From: a virus
Direction: 5' to 3' (one strand)
DNA length: 64,000 nt
Virus record (IMG/VR): IMGVR_UViG_3300020558_000217
Span: 41,600-105,599 of that record
In this document: piece after piece, positions 1 to 7,794 of the stretch
How the letters are laid out: each line of letters begins with the position of its first letter
Numbering within the stretch: position 1 is the first letter of the stretch
The notes under the pieces: model-generated
Database searches by the model: none
Seen by the model: only the letters and a program-made list of their open reading frames with translations
Told to the model about the DNA's origin: nothing
Position numbers and translations under genes: made by a program

Positions 1-1
1 C

Positions 2-187
2 ATTACAAACTTTGACGAAGTTAATTCTATTACGAGATCTTTGGGGCGTAAAGACCCGAACGAAGTGGTCAAGCGCATACTTGAGGGTGGAAAACTTGTT
101 CTCCGAAAAGTCCTTGACGATTTCAAGACGGAAAAGCCTCTTGCGTATCGCATCAACGAAAACACTATCCTGTTGAGGATTATATAA
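2..187 (+). CDS. C-terminal fragment of a hypothetical phage protein (5'-truncated by window)
   Basis: Open frame ITNFDEVNSITRSLGRKDPNEVVKRILEGG...RINENTILLRII* ends in TAA overlapping the next ATG (TAATG). Confidence 0.7.
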   Translation: MTNFDEVNSITRSLGRKDPNEVVKRILEGGKLVLRKVLDDFKTEKPLAYRINENTILLRII

Positions 188-375
188 TGAGCGATCTTAA
201 CGAAGACAAAGTCTATGACTTGATTGTTGTAGCAAGATTCCTGCTATGGTATCAGAAGGAAAATCCTGATGCTGTGTGGGGAGGAGAAAAGATTGAAGAA
301 GTAATTGATTCTTTCTCCAGTTTAACTGGATTCGATATTGCTTTGTTACAGAATATCGCATCCTTTCAAAAGTAA
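187..375 (+). CDS. hypothetical protein
   Basis: 62-aa ORF, translationally coupled (TAATG), GAGG upstream. Confidence 0.65.
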   Translation: MSDLNEDKVYDLIVVARFLLWYQKENPDAVWGGEKIEEVIDSFSSLTGFDIALLQNIASFQK

Positions 376-386
376 AGGAAAATAAG

Positions 387-581
387 ATGAACAAGATTAT
401 CTTATCAACCGTTGCTGCCATGCTTATGGGTGGTAGTGCATTTGCTGGCGACGTTATTGCGCCTCCAGTTTCAAAGTATGTAGAAGAAACTCCTCTGCCT
501 CCAAAGCGTCCTACCAATTTTGGTAAGACTGACAATCAGAAGGTTGCACAGAAGGTTCAGGAAGTAACCACAAGGAAGTAA
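387..581 (+). CDS. small secreted protein (signal peptide)
   Basis: AAGGA RBS; N-terminus MNKIILSTVAAMLMGGSAFA has a Sec signal with an AFA cleavage site. Confidence 0.7.
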   Translation: MNKIILSTVAAMLMGGSAFAGDVIAPPVSKYVEETPLPPKRPTNFGKTDNQKVAQKVQEVTTRK

Positions 582-583
582 TT

Positions 584-934
584 ATGAAGAATATCATGTA
601 TAGCGTGATGGTTGCTTCAATGTTATCTGGCTCTGCTGCTAGAGCAGAGCCAGAATTGAAGTGCTATGAAAATAAAGATTTCATGAAGATGATCGACGAT
701 AAGAATCTTTCTACCATTTATAATGGTTTCAAGGATGATAACCGAGTTTCTGAGATCATGATGTCGAAGGAAAGATATATCTACGTTGTAGAATATGACA
801 AGGCGACTGATGGTAATGCTTTTGCTGCCAAGCAATATTGCGTTACAACAATACTAAAAAACGTAACATTCAATGAATCTGCTATTGAATATCTTTACCA
901 GCTTCTGGAAAAAGTGAGAGGACAAAAGACATGA
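584..934 (+). CDS. secreted/periplasmic hypothetical protein
   Basis: Signal peptide MKNIMYSVMVASMLSGSAARA; two Cys in the mature part. Confidence 0.7.
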   Translation: MKNIMYSVMVASMLSGSAARAEPELKCYENKDFMKMIDDKNLSTIYNGFKDDNRVSEIMMSKERYIYVVEYDKATDGNAFAAKQYCVTTILKNVTFNESAIEYLYQLLEKVRGQKT

Positions 935-1215
935 GTATTCTTGGACCAGATGGTGGTTTAACTTTTAGTGTTACAGGTAAACAGAATAAAGATCCAATCA
1001 CTGACATTCGAATGGTAATGTTTCCTAAGATGATGGTTCATCCAGAAACTAAACAGATGGTAATGGTTCCTATGCAGGATCTTCAATATCAACGTCAGGG
1101 TTCTACAGAATGGTTTTCAGTGGCCATTCACGAAACTGATAAACACGATTTTAACCCGGAGTATAAAAATGAAGAAGTATCTACTAGTAATTCTAGCGGG
1201 GTTATCCTTTCTTAG
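931..1215 (+). CDS. hypothetical protein
   Basis: ATGA overlap with the upstream gene, GAGG RBS; 94 aa. Confidence 0.65.
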   Translation: MSILGPDGGLTFSVTGKQNKDPITDIRMVMFPKMMVHPETKQMVMVPMQDLQYQRQGSTEWFSVAIHETDKHDFNPEYKNEEVSTSNSSGVILS

Positions 1216-1291
1216 TTTGGTTGGCTGTTCAGTACTCGGAACAGTCGTCAAGTGCTCTGTACGGGATAGTAGTAATAGACCGTGCCAGTGA
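1169..1291 (+). CDS. 40-aa predicted lipoprotein (not in ORF track)
   Basis: GGAG RBS at 1158-1161; MKKYLLVILAGLSFLSLVGCSVLGTVVKCSVRDSSNRPCQ*; basic N-region, hydrophobic core, lipobox LVGC. Confidence 0.7.
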   Translation: MKKYLLVILAGLSFLSLVGCSVLGTVVKCSVRDSSNRPCQ

Positions 1292-1308
1292 AGGGCCAGA
1301 GGGAATAC

Positions 1309-1623
1309 ATGGACCGGAAATCGAAGATTTTGAAAATTCTGTTGACAAGTAGCGTTTTTACGCTATACTATATGAATATGGCAATGGCAGCGGATGATAT
1401 ATCATGTGATAAGAAGACTAGCGATAGCCATATCATCCACTGTAAAACAAAAAAGGTGATGGATGTTTCGTTGGTTTCTATTAACGGCGGTGAGTGTAAC
1501 TCTCCTGCATTCCACTGGCATGGTAGCGGTGAGTTTTCCATTCCAGGAACTAAAGAATGTGGCTACGTTGGAGCAGTCACATTATCAATCGACGGTCACA
1601 ATAAAACCTTCGCCCCATTATAA
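1309..1623 (+). CDS. secreted Cys-containing hypothetical protein
   Basis: Start revised from 1282 to ATG 1309 (AGAGGG RBS); signal-like MDRKSKILKILLTSSVFTLYYMNMAMA; four Cys in the mature region. Confidence 0.6.
   Translation: MDRKSKILKILLTSSVFTLYYMNMAMAADDISCDKKTSDSHIIHCKTKKVMDVSLVSINGGECNSPAFHWHGSGEFSIPGTKECGYVGAVTLSIDGHNKTFAPL
1342..1371 (+). promoter_or_regulatory. possible sigma70-type promoter
   Basis: TTGACA at 1342-1347, then TATACT (16-nt spacer) or TACTAT (18-nt spacer); lies inside a CDS. Confidence 0.35.
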
Positions 1624-1626
1624 ATA
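1619..1626 (+). promoter_or_regulatory. T4-type late promoter upstream of tmRNA
   Basis: Exact TATAAATA a few nt before the tmRNA acceptor piece. Confidence 0.7.
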
Positions 1627-1631
1627 GAATT

Positions 1632-1961
1632 GCCGAGGTCGTTGAGAGACGAAACATAGGTTTCTTGGACGTGGGTGCGATTCCCACCGCCTCCACCATA
1701 GATACATTAGGAAAGACAATGTTTTAGAAAAGTTCTAGCACCAAGTGAGTTCTAAAACATAAGAAGATCATTGCTTCAGCTTGCCGACTAGACTAGTGTA
1801 TCTATGATGGGGGCGAACAGGTTCGACGGGATACAGTAAGGTCGTAAGGAGACCAAAGGCAAGTATAGGTGCTAACGATAACTTTGCACCATTTGACTTC
1901 GCTCTAGCAGCGTAAGTTCATTGGGTTCTGCAAGTCTTACCTCGAAACAGAAAAGACTTGC
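1632..1961 (+). ncRNA. ssrA: circularly permuted (two-piece) tmRNA, alphaproteobacterial type
   Basis: T-arm/3' acceptor GGACGTGGGTGCGATTCCCACCGCCTCCACCA ends at 1698 and PRECEDES the 5' end GGGGGCGAACAGGTTCGAC at 1809; acceptor stem GGGGGCG/CGCCTCC has the G3.U70 Ala determinant; tag frame 1871-1915 encodes ANDNFAPFDFALAA*. Outer boundaries approximate. Confidence 0.93.
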
Positions 1962-1986
1962 CTTTCTGATTATACCATAGTATAAT
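1958..1986 (+). promoter_or_regulatory. sigma70-type promoter for tRNA
   Basis: TTGCCT-17nt-TATAAT, 10 nt upstream of the tRNA. Confidence 0.6.
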
Positions 1987-1995
1987 ACTAATAAT

Positions 1996-2072
1996 GGCTC
2001 CGTAGCTCAGCAGGATAGAGCAACAGACTTCTAATCTGTGGGTCGAACGTTCGAATCGTTCCGGAGTCGCCA
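1996..2072 (+). tRNA. tRNA-Arg (anticodon UCU)
   Basis: Acceptor GGCTCCG/CGGAGTC-G-CCA, D-arm AGCTCAGCAGGATAGAGC, anticodon arm ACAGA-CTTCTAA-TCTGT, T-loop GTTCGAATC; CCA encoded. Confidence 0.95.
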
Positions 2073-2090
2073 TTTCTTAGGAGAACTAAA

Positions 2091-2201
2091 ATGTCAAGAC
2101 ACAATCATTGGTTTTGGAATAGTTCTTTCGTCAATGTTGTCCATCAAAAATTACTACACTTAACTTCATACATCTGGAAGAAGCAGAATCACAACCACTA
2201 A
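2091..2201 (+). CDS. 36-aa hypothetical protein (not in ORF track)
   Basis: Strong AGGAG RBS at 2079-2083; MSRHNHWFWNSSFVNVVHQKLLHLTSYIWKKQNHNH*. Confidence 0.55.
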   Translation: MSRHNHWFWNSSFVNVVHQKLLHLTSYIWKKQNHNH

Positions 2202-2217
2202 AATCGGAGATTATATT

Positions 2218-2412
2218 ATGGCTTATAGAGACGAACCTGGAATTGTCTATTATGTGACATGTCTGTTGATCTTTGGTTTTGCACTATATGGTTGGATTTC
2301 GAATATCCTTATCCTTTGGAATTCGTTTGATTCTCCTCTGACAGCTAAGATGATTGTTCGTATTGCTGGTATTTTTGTAACTCCTCTAGGAATTATTCTA
2401 GGATATATCTAA
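2218..2412 (+). CDS. small membrane protein (2 TM)
   Basis: GGAG RBS; two hydrophobic segments in 64 aa. Confidence 0.7.
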   Translation: MAYRDEPGIVYYVTCLLIFGFALYGWISNILILWNSFDSPLTAKMIVRIAGIFVTPLGIILGYI

Positions 2413-2424
2413 AAGGAATGTGGC

Positions 2425-2622
2425 TTGAAAAACTCTCGTCCTTCTTCGCTTTCGCAGATTTATAATCTGAAACATGCATTTGAATATGAACTGAATAATG
2501 TGTTAGCCTTTGAAGATAGACAGGAGTTTTTTAGAGTCATAAATTACTTTGAACAGAGAATTTCAGAATTGAAAGAAGAAGAAAAGCAATGCTTAAGAAT
2601 TCAGTCTTCGTTGAAGAAGTAG
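2425..2622 (+). CDS. hypothetical protein
   Basis: 65-aa ORF, TTG start after AAGGA. Confidence 0.5.
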   Translation: MKNSRPSSLSQIYNLKHAFEYELNNVLAFEDRQEFFRVINYFEQRISELKEEEKQCLRIQSSLKK

Positions 2623-2807
2623 AAAAACTGTGTCGAGATAAGAATATCGAATATATTGATGCTGTTGTCTTTTGGTGCGAAAAAAATAATCTAGAAATAG
2701 AGACTGCTGCTTATTGGATAAAAAAAGATCCAGTTATGAGATCTAAAATTCAACTAGAAGCCGAAAACCTTAATGTGCTTAAACGAGGAGCAAGATTGCC
2801 CATATAA
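2589..2807 (+). CDS. 33: late-promoter transcription coactivator gp33
   Basis: EKL...IEYIDAVVFWCEKNNLEIE...KIQLEAENLNVL pattern; gp33-gp59-gp32 synteny. Confidence 0.85.
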   Translation: MLKNSVFVEEVEKLCRDKNIEYIDAVVFWCEKNNLEIETAAYWIKKDPVMRSKIQLEAENLNVLKRGARLPI

Positions 2808-2810
2808 ATA
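2803..2810 (+). promoter_or_regulatory. T4-type late promoter
   Basis: Exact TATAAATA upstream of the HExxH gene. Confidence 0.6.
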
Positions 2811-2838
2811 TTAGGTTCAGCCATTGTTGGAGGCGTCT

Positions 2839-3342
2839 ATGCGTATAAAAACAATCGGTCGACCATCGCATGTATCCTTGGGGATAGTTAAAAAGGCAGC
2901 TTATTTTTATGGTAAATATCTAATCGGGGGTGGAAAGCTATTTAATAATATCCGTTTGACTGTTCAGTTTGAACACTTCAATAAAAATGACGGAGATTAT
3001 GCATACTGCGATTGGACAGACGACAATAACAGTTGCAGAGAGTTTTTAATAGGTATTGACCATGCTTTGAGCAAAAAAGAAACTTTGCTTGCTCTTGCTC
3101 ATGAAATGGTTCATCTTAAGCAATATGCGAGAGGTGAAATGAAAGATATCTGGCGTCCGGTTAGAATGGTAAAGTGGCAGGGCGAAAGATACTTGCATGA
3201 AGAAATGGATTACTGGGAGTGCCCCTGGGAAATTGAAGCGTATGGTCGTGAAAAGGGTCTATACTTCAAATTTCTAACATATTTACAGTATGGAGAGCCT
3301 GAAGAATTATGTCAGCGTTCGAAGCATATAAAGAGTACATAG
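2839..3342 (+). CDS. putative zinc metallopeptidase (HExxH)
   Basis: LAHEMVHLKQY motif plus downstream PWEIEAY; start revised to ATG 2839 after GGAGG. Confidence 0.7.
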   Translation: MRIKTIGRPSHVSLGIVKKAAYFYGKYLIGGGKLFNNIRLTVQFEHFNKNDGDYAYCDWTDDNNSCREFLIGIDHALSKKETLLALAHEMVHLKQYARGEMKDIWRPVRMVKWQGERYLHEEMDYWECPWEIEAYGREKGLYFKFLTYLQYGEPEELCQRSKHIKST

Positions 3343-3884
3343 CCCTTAAAAATCATTTCACCAAAGCTGATTATGACTACATTAAATACAACGGAAAGAC
3401 AGGAATAAAACATGCTTCCTTTGAGAAGCGAAAAGACAAGATTTTCTTTGAGAAACTTTCAAAGATTGAGAATTATCACGAGTTTCTTATTGCTAATCTT
3501 AGTAATAATCCTAAACTCTGGATTCGTGATCTAGCGTATTCAGAATCCGCTCAATTAACATATCAAAATTGGAAAAAGAGAAATCAGTCTCTTACATACA
3601 ATTTTAAAAACGATTTCAAAAAAATATTAGAAGAACCAGGAGGGCAGCAACATCCAGCCGCCCTTCGATTATATCTTGGTAACCAGATCAGTTTGGAGTC
3701 TCTTTGTATCTTTATTAAAATGACAAAGGCGATCGATCAATGGGACTCTAAACTTGAATATGACCCGATATGGGAAGATATCCGATTGAGGGTTGTAAAA
3801 TATACTTCATTCATCAAATTTGATTATGAGAAAGTTAAGCAGACAATGCTTGACATTATGAATGATATGGAGTATACTAAATAA
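3309..3884 (+). CDS. 59: helicase loader gp59
   Basis: AYKEYIALKNHFT..YDYIKYNGK...SFEKRKDKIFFEKLS; directly upstream of gp32. Confidence 0.9.
   Translation: MSAFEAYKEYIALKNHFTKADYDYIKYNGKTGIKHASFEKRKDKIFFEKLSKIENYHEFLIANLSNNPKLWIRDLAYSESAQLTYQNWKKRNQSLTYNFKNDFKKILEEPGGQQHPAALRLYLGNQISLESLCIFIKMTKAIDQWDSKLEYDPIWEDIRLRVVKYTSFIKFDYEKVKQTMLDIMNDMEYTK
3850..3878 (+). promoter_or_regulatory. sigma70-type (early) promoter for gene 32
   Basis: TTGACA-17nt-TATACT. Confidence 0.7.
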
Positions 3885-3945
3885 TGGCGGGCGATACAAA
3901 TGCCCAACATACAATTGTTATACACTGTAATACGGAGAAATATAC

Positions 3946-4851
3946 ATGGTAGATTTTAAGTCCCTCAAAGCAGCTTCAGGTAAGAAGTCTCTAGAATCCC
4001 TAACATCAGAGCTTAATAAGCTATCAGGCGGCGAAGGCAAGGGTGCCGATGATCGTTTCTGGGCGCCAACAGTCGATAAGGCTGGTAATGGTTATGCTGT
4101 TATTAGGTTTCTTCCTCCACCAGCTAACGAAGACGTTCCTTTCGTTCGTATCTTTGATCATGGTTTCCAGGGTCCAGGTGGATGGTATATTGAGAATTCT
4201 CTGACCACTCTTGGTAAGAATGACCCAGTTTCAGAATATAATTCTAAGTTGTGGAACTCCGGTATTGAGGCCAACAAGGAAATTGCTCGTAAGCAGAAGC
4301 GTCGCCTTCACTTCATCAGCAATATCTACGTTGTCAGCGATTCTGGCAATCCTGCTAATGAGGGTAAAGTTTTTCTTTACAAGTACGGTAAGAAGATCTT
4401 TGACAAGCTCAAGGAAGCGATGGAGCCACAGTTTGCGGATGAAGAGGCTGTAAATCCTTTTGATCTTTGGGCTGGTGCTAACTTCAAGTTGAAGATTCGT
4501 AATCTCGAGGGTTATCGCAATTACGATAAGTCTGAGTTTGATAAACCAAGTCCACTTCTTAAGGATGACGAAGAGCTAGAAAAGGTTTGGAAGAGCGAAC
4601 ATTCACTTCAGGAATTTCTTGCTCCATCTAACTTCAAATCTTATGAAGAACTTCAGACTCGTTTGTCTAAGGTTCTTGCTGAAGACTCTGCTCCTGCAAA
4701 GCGTAAGGCAGCGGAGAACACTGAAGTTCCATGGCAGGAAGAAGAGTCTGCTCCTACCTTTAAGGCGACTCATGCGCCAAAGTATTCATCTGATGATGAA
4801 GATGATGATGATGAGTCATTGGAGTTTTTTAAGAAACTTGCTAACGACTAA
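3946..4851 (+). CDS. 32: single-stranded DNA-binding protein gp32
   Basis: DDRFW..DKAGNGYAVIRFLP, GPGGWYIENSLTTLG, acidic C-terminal tail. Confidence 0.97.
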   Translation: MVDFKSLKAASGKKSLESLTSELNKLSGGEGKGADDRFWAPTVDKAGNGYAVIRFLPPPANEDVPFVRIFDHGFQGPGGWYIENSLTTLGKNDPVSEYNSKLWNSGIEANKEIARKQKRRLHFISNIYVVSDSGNPANEGKVFLYKYGKKIFDKLKEAMEPQFADEEAVNPFDLWAGANFKLKIRNLEGYRNYDKSEFDKPSPLLKDDEELEKVWKSEHSLQEFLAPSNFKSYEELQTRLSKVLAEDSAPAKRKAAENTEVPWQEEESAPTFKATHAPKYSSDDEDDDDESLEFFKKLAND

Positions 4852-4858
4852 AATGAAG

Positions 4859-4884
4859 AGGGAGCCAAATTGGCTCCCTTTTTT
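4859..4884. terminator. rho-independent terminator between convergent genes
   Basis: AGGGAGCCA-AAT-TGGCTCCCT followed by a T-run. Confidence 0.8.
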
Positions 4885-4885
4885 A

Positions 4886-6892
4886 TTAACCCCAAGACAT
4901 ATTCTTTTTATAATTTTTCATCTCTTCATAATGATTACCGCCAAGCATACTAGCCCAATCTGGCCATTCAATATCTCCTGGCATATTATAAGCAAACCCT
5001 GATTGATTTGTAGCAGTCATTCTATTTGGTTCTACATTAACTTGAGGATTAAAGAAAGAACCTTGAGCTTCTTGTATTGTTTGTTCTGTTGCTTGAGATG
5101 TTACTGCTGCTTGATTGAGCATTTGAGCGTTTAATGCAGGCATCGATGGCGTTGAAACTAATTCAGATTGAATAGCAGATGTAATCATTGGTAGAAGCAT
5201 ACCAACTATACCACCAATTCCTCCTCCCATCATTCCTGGCATCATACCCATCATTTGACCCATCATATTTGCGCCAGCTGGAGGAGCTGAGATACCCGAA
5301 GATATGGGTGCTTGTGCTACTGGTTCTGCAGCCGCCATAGGTGATGCTGCAGGAGGTGCCATAGATGTCGTAGTTCCTACTGCTGGTGTTGCACCTTGTA
5401 ATGCTCTTTGTTCTGGGGTTCCTGCTACTTGATACGTATCTGGAACCGATGGCGCACCACCTTTTGGTATTTCAGCATGTAAATGGTTATTATGACCAGC
5501 TGCTGCGTATGGTCCGCTTTCTCTCCAATAAACTTTATATCCAAGTCTAGTCAATTGTTCGGCTAATTGATCGAACTTGGCTCCCATAACAGGATCTCTC
5601 GCTTCAACATTACCTTCTCCGAAATTGATGTCAATTGCTCTACCTTCATAATGAGCTTTGCCTTTATGAACTGGTTTTACACCACCAAATTGTGGATGTT
5701 CAGAAATGCGCATTCCCATTTTTTCTAGAGCATGTCCAAGAGCTACTACGTCTCCTGCAGGCAAAGAAGCGCCAACTTGTTCGCCATGGCCATGACCTTC
5801 ATGAGCTACGCCGCTAATTGGCCCATGGCCGCCTTCTTTACCTATACGTTCTGTACGAGGATCGTTGGCAGAAGGAATGACTTCAGGCGTTGATACTGGG
5901 GTGGCTGTTGGAGTGGATGTTGGGGTGGTGCCACCAGAAGGCGTAGAAGTTGTTTTATTGTCTTGCGGCGAACTTTTAGCTAACGCTGCAGCATTAGCCA
6001 TCCTTTGGCCTAAATGTTGATGCGTTGATCTTTCGTAACCATAATCGATTGCTCTTGCTGCTTCTATTGCTGTAGAAGCAGATTTAAGCATTTGACCAGC
6101 ACGTTTTTCAGTATTCATTAATTCCCATTGAACGAACTCTAACTGTTGTTTAAAGTTAGATTGTCTAATAGGAATTCCCATTACTTGTTGGAACTTAGCT
6201 TGTCTATCTGGATGCCATTGAGCAATTCCGTATGCTTGACCGTTATCACCCACAGCATTAGTTCTTAAACTTTTTCCTGATTCTACTTGGAGATTGCCGA
6301 CAATGCCAGCTGCCTGTTCTTTTGACCAACCTTTTGATTGGAAGAAAGACATTGCTTCTGAAGAGCTTCCAGATTCACCAACCCCTGGACCTATTGCACC
6401 GCCACCACCAGCGGTTGAAAGCGCTGCCATTCCTCCACCAGCAACTGCAGCGCCAATACCTAATGTGGCTAATTGTTTTGCGAAATCCGAACTTAGATTA
6501 GTAATACTTCCTAGCAAACCACTGCTGCTAGTATTCATGATATTGCGATTTAGACTTTCAATATCACCACTAAGAGTACGAGTGTTTCTGGTTACATTAC
6601 TAATTTCAGTGCGCATAGAATTTTGAATTTCTAAAGACTCTCTGAATAGAGAATTTAGGCTATCAATTTTATTGCCTGTTTGCTGAGACTCTGAAACCAT
6701 CTCTTCAAGCACATTATGAAGATCCGCAATATCTTCTCTTTGTGATTTGAAGGTTGTAGAAATATCTTTGACAATTCTACTTAAATTGGCATTACTAGCA
6801 TTGGCTGCTTGACGAAACTCGCCTGCAGTCTCCATGCCGGCATTTCTAATGCCTCTAGTTATCGCCGATAATTCTTCTGCTTCTATGGCCAT
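4886..6892 (-). CDS. baseplate-hub/tail-associated protein with tail-lysozyme domain and M15/LAS-like peptidase domain
   Basis: N-terminal coiled coil; KGWSKEQAAGIVGNLQVESG..GDNGQAYGIAQW (phage tail lysozyme 2 type); H..AHYEGRAIDI...HNNHLHAE (Zn peptidase type); follows gp26/gp51. Confidence 0.75.
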   Translation of the reverse strand: MAIEAEELSAITRGIRNAGMETAGEFRQAANASNANLSRIVKDISTTFKSQREDIADLHNVLEEMVSESQQTGNKIDSLNSLFRESLEIQNSMRTEISNVTRNTRTLSGDIESLNRNIMNTSSSGLLGSITNLSSDFAKQLATLGIGAAVAGGGMAALSTAGGGGAIGPGVGESGSSSEAMSFFQSKGWSKEQAAGIVGNLQVESGKSLRTNAVGDNGQAYGIAQWHPDRQAKFQQVMGIPIRQSNFKQQLEFVQWELMNTEKRAGQMLKSASTAIEAARAIDYGYERSTHQHLGQRMANAAALAKSSPQDNKTTSTPSGGTTPTSTPTATPVSTPEVIPSANDPRTERIGKEGGHGPISGVAHEGHGHGEQVGASLPAGDVVALGHALEKMGMRISEHPQFGGVKPVHKGKAHYEGRAIDINFGEGNVEARDPVMGAKFDQLAEQLTRLGYKVYWRESGPYAAAGHNNHLHAEIPKGGAPSVPDTYQVAGTPEQRALQGATPAVGTTTSMAPPAASPMAAAEPVAQAPISSGISAPPAGANMMGQMMGMMPGMMGGGIGGIVGMLLPMITSAIQSELVSTPSMPALNAQMLNQAAVTSQATEQTIQEAQGSFFNPQVNVEPNRMTATNQSGFAYNMPGDIEWPDWASMLGGNHYEEMKNYKKNMSWG

Positions 6893-6895
6893 TTG

Positions 6896-7078
6896 TTATC
6901 CGTTAGTTTTCTTTTTAGCTTCTTCTACTTCTTTCAAGTAGTTGACTAGCATTTGAACATATATGTCTCTCTCAAAGGGCATCATAGATTCTATTTCACT
7001 AATTGAGTATTTATGGTGCTGAGCCAAAGAAAATACAGTCGCATAATAGTTAGATAGCGTATTATGACTCAGCGCCAC
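6896..7078 (-). CDS. 51: baseplate hub assembly protein gp51-like
   Basis: LSNYY..FSLAQHHKYSISEIESMMPFERDIYV motif; follows gp26. Confidence 0.85.
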   Translation of the reverse strand: MALSHNTLSNYYATVFSLAQHHKYSISEIESMMPFERDIYVQMLVNYLKEVEEAKKKTNG

Positions 7079-7779
7079 GTAAAAAAATCATTTAACGAAG
7101 ACAACACGATTTCCCGATCGTTCCCAAGTTCGTTTTGGTATAAAATCTTATATTCCATTCTGGGAACATTTAATAGAAAGTTTTGAACTTGTTCAAATGT
7201 CTTGATATTTAAATTTTCAAGAAACTCGTTCAATTCTTCTCTTTTATAATCTTTACATTCATAAATCTGATCTTCAAAATAGATAGATTCGATACATCTG
7301 ATAATTAGCTCAAACATATAATCTTTTTCTAGATTTAGAAAATCTTTGTCATCGTATAACGCAGCTGAAGGATATTTCATGATTATCCCTGACTGCGGAG
7401 TTATCTTAATCTTGTTTTCCATTTTTTTGGGATAGTTGACTTTAACTTCTTCTAAATTGATTTCGAAGTCATATACTTTTTTATCCTCTGAATCTCTATA
7501 TGATACCTTTACTATGTTATCAACTGATACTGATCTTAATTTTAAGAAAATGTATTCAAGATCAAATAATGCTAGTTTGCTAACATCTAATTTTGGGTCA
7601 ACGGAACAATTATTGACTACCTGTTTAATAGCAGAAAGGATGTCAGCTGAATTATCGCTTTCCTTTGCCATCAACAATAATTTTTCTTCTTTGACTAAAA
7701 AAGGTCTAAACTGAAAGTCTTTTTTCAGAGATGGTACATTTATTTTATATACAGGATAATCAATTTTCGGTAATGACAT
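7069..7779 (-). CDS. 26: baseplate hub subunit gp26
   Basis: MSLPKI..P.Y...VPS...FRPFLVKEEKLLLMA, DLEYIFLKLRSVSV, C-terminal LNDFF. Confidence 0.9.
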   Translation of the reverse strand: MSLPKIDYPVYKINVPSLKKDFQFRPFLVKEEKLLLMAKESDNSADILSAIKQVVNNCSVDPKLDVSKLALFDLEYIFLKLRSVSVDNIVKVSYRDSEDKKVYDFEINLEEVKVNYPKKMENKIKITPQSGIIMKYPSAALYDDKDFLNLEKDYMFELIIRCIESIYFEDQIYECKDYKREELNEFLENLNIKTFEQVQNFLLNVPRMEYKILYQNELGNDREIVLSSLNDFFTWR

Positions 7780-7794
7780 TAATATACTCCATTA

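Noticed and set aside
1668-1698. Stand-alone tRNA fragment or attachment site
   Set aside because: It is explained as the acceptor piece of the permuted tmRNA; no integrase is in the window.
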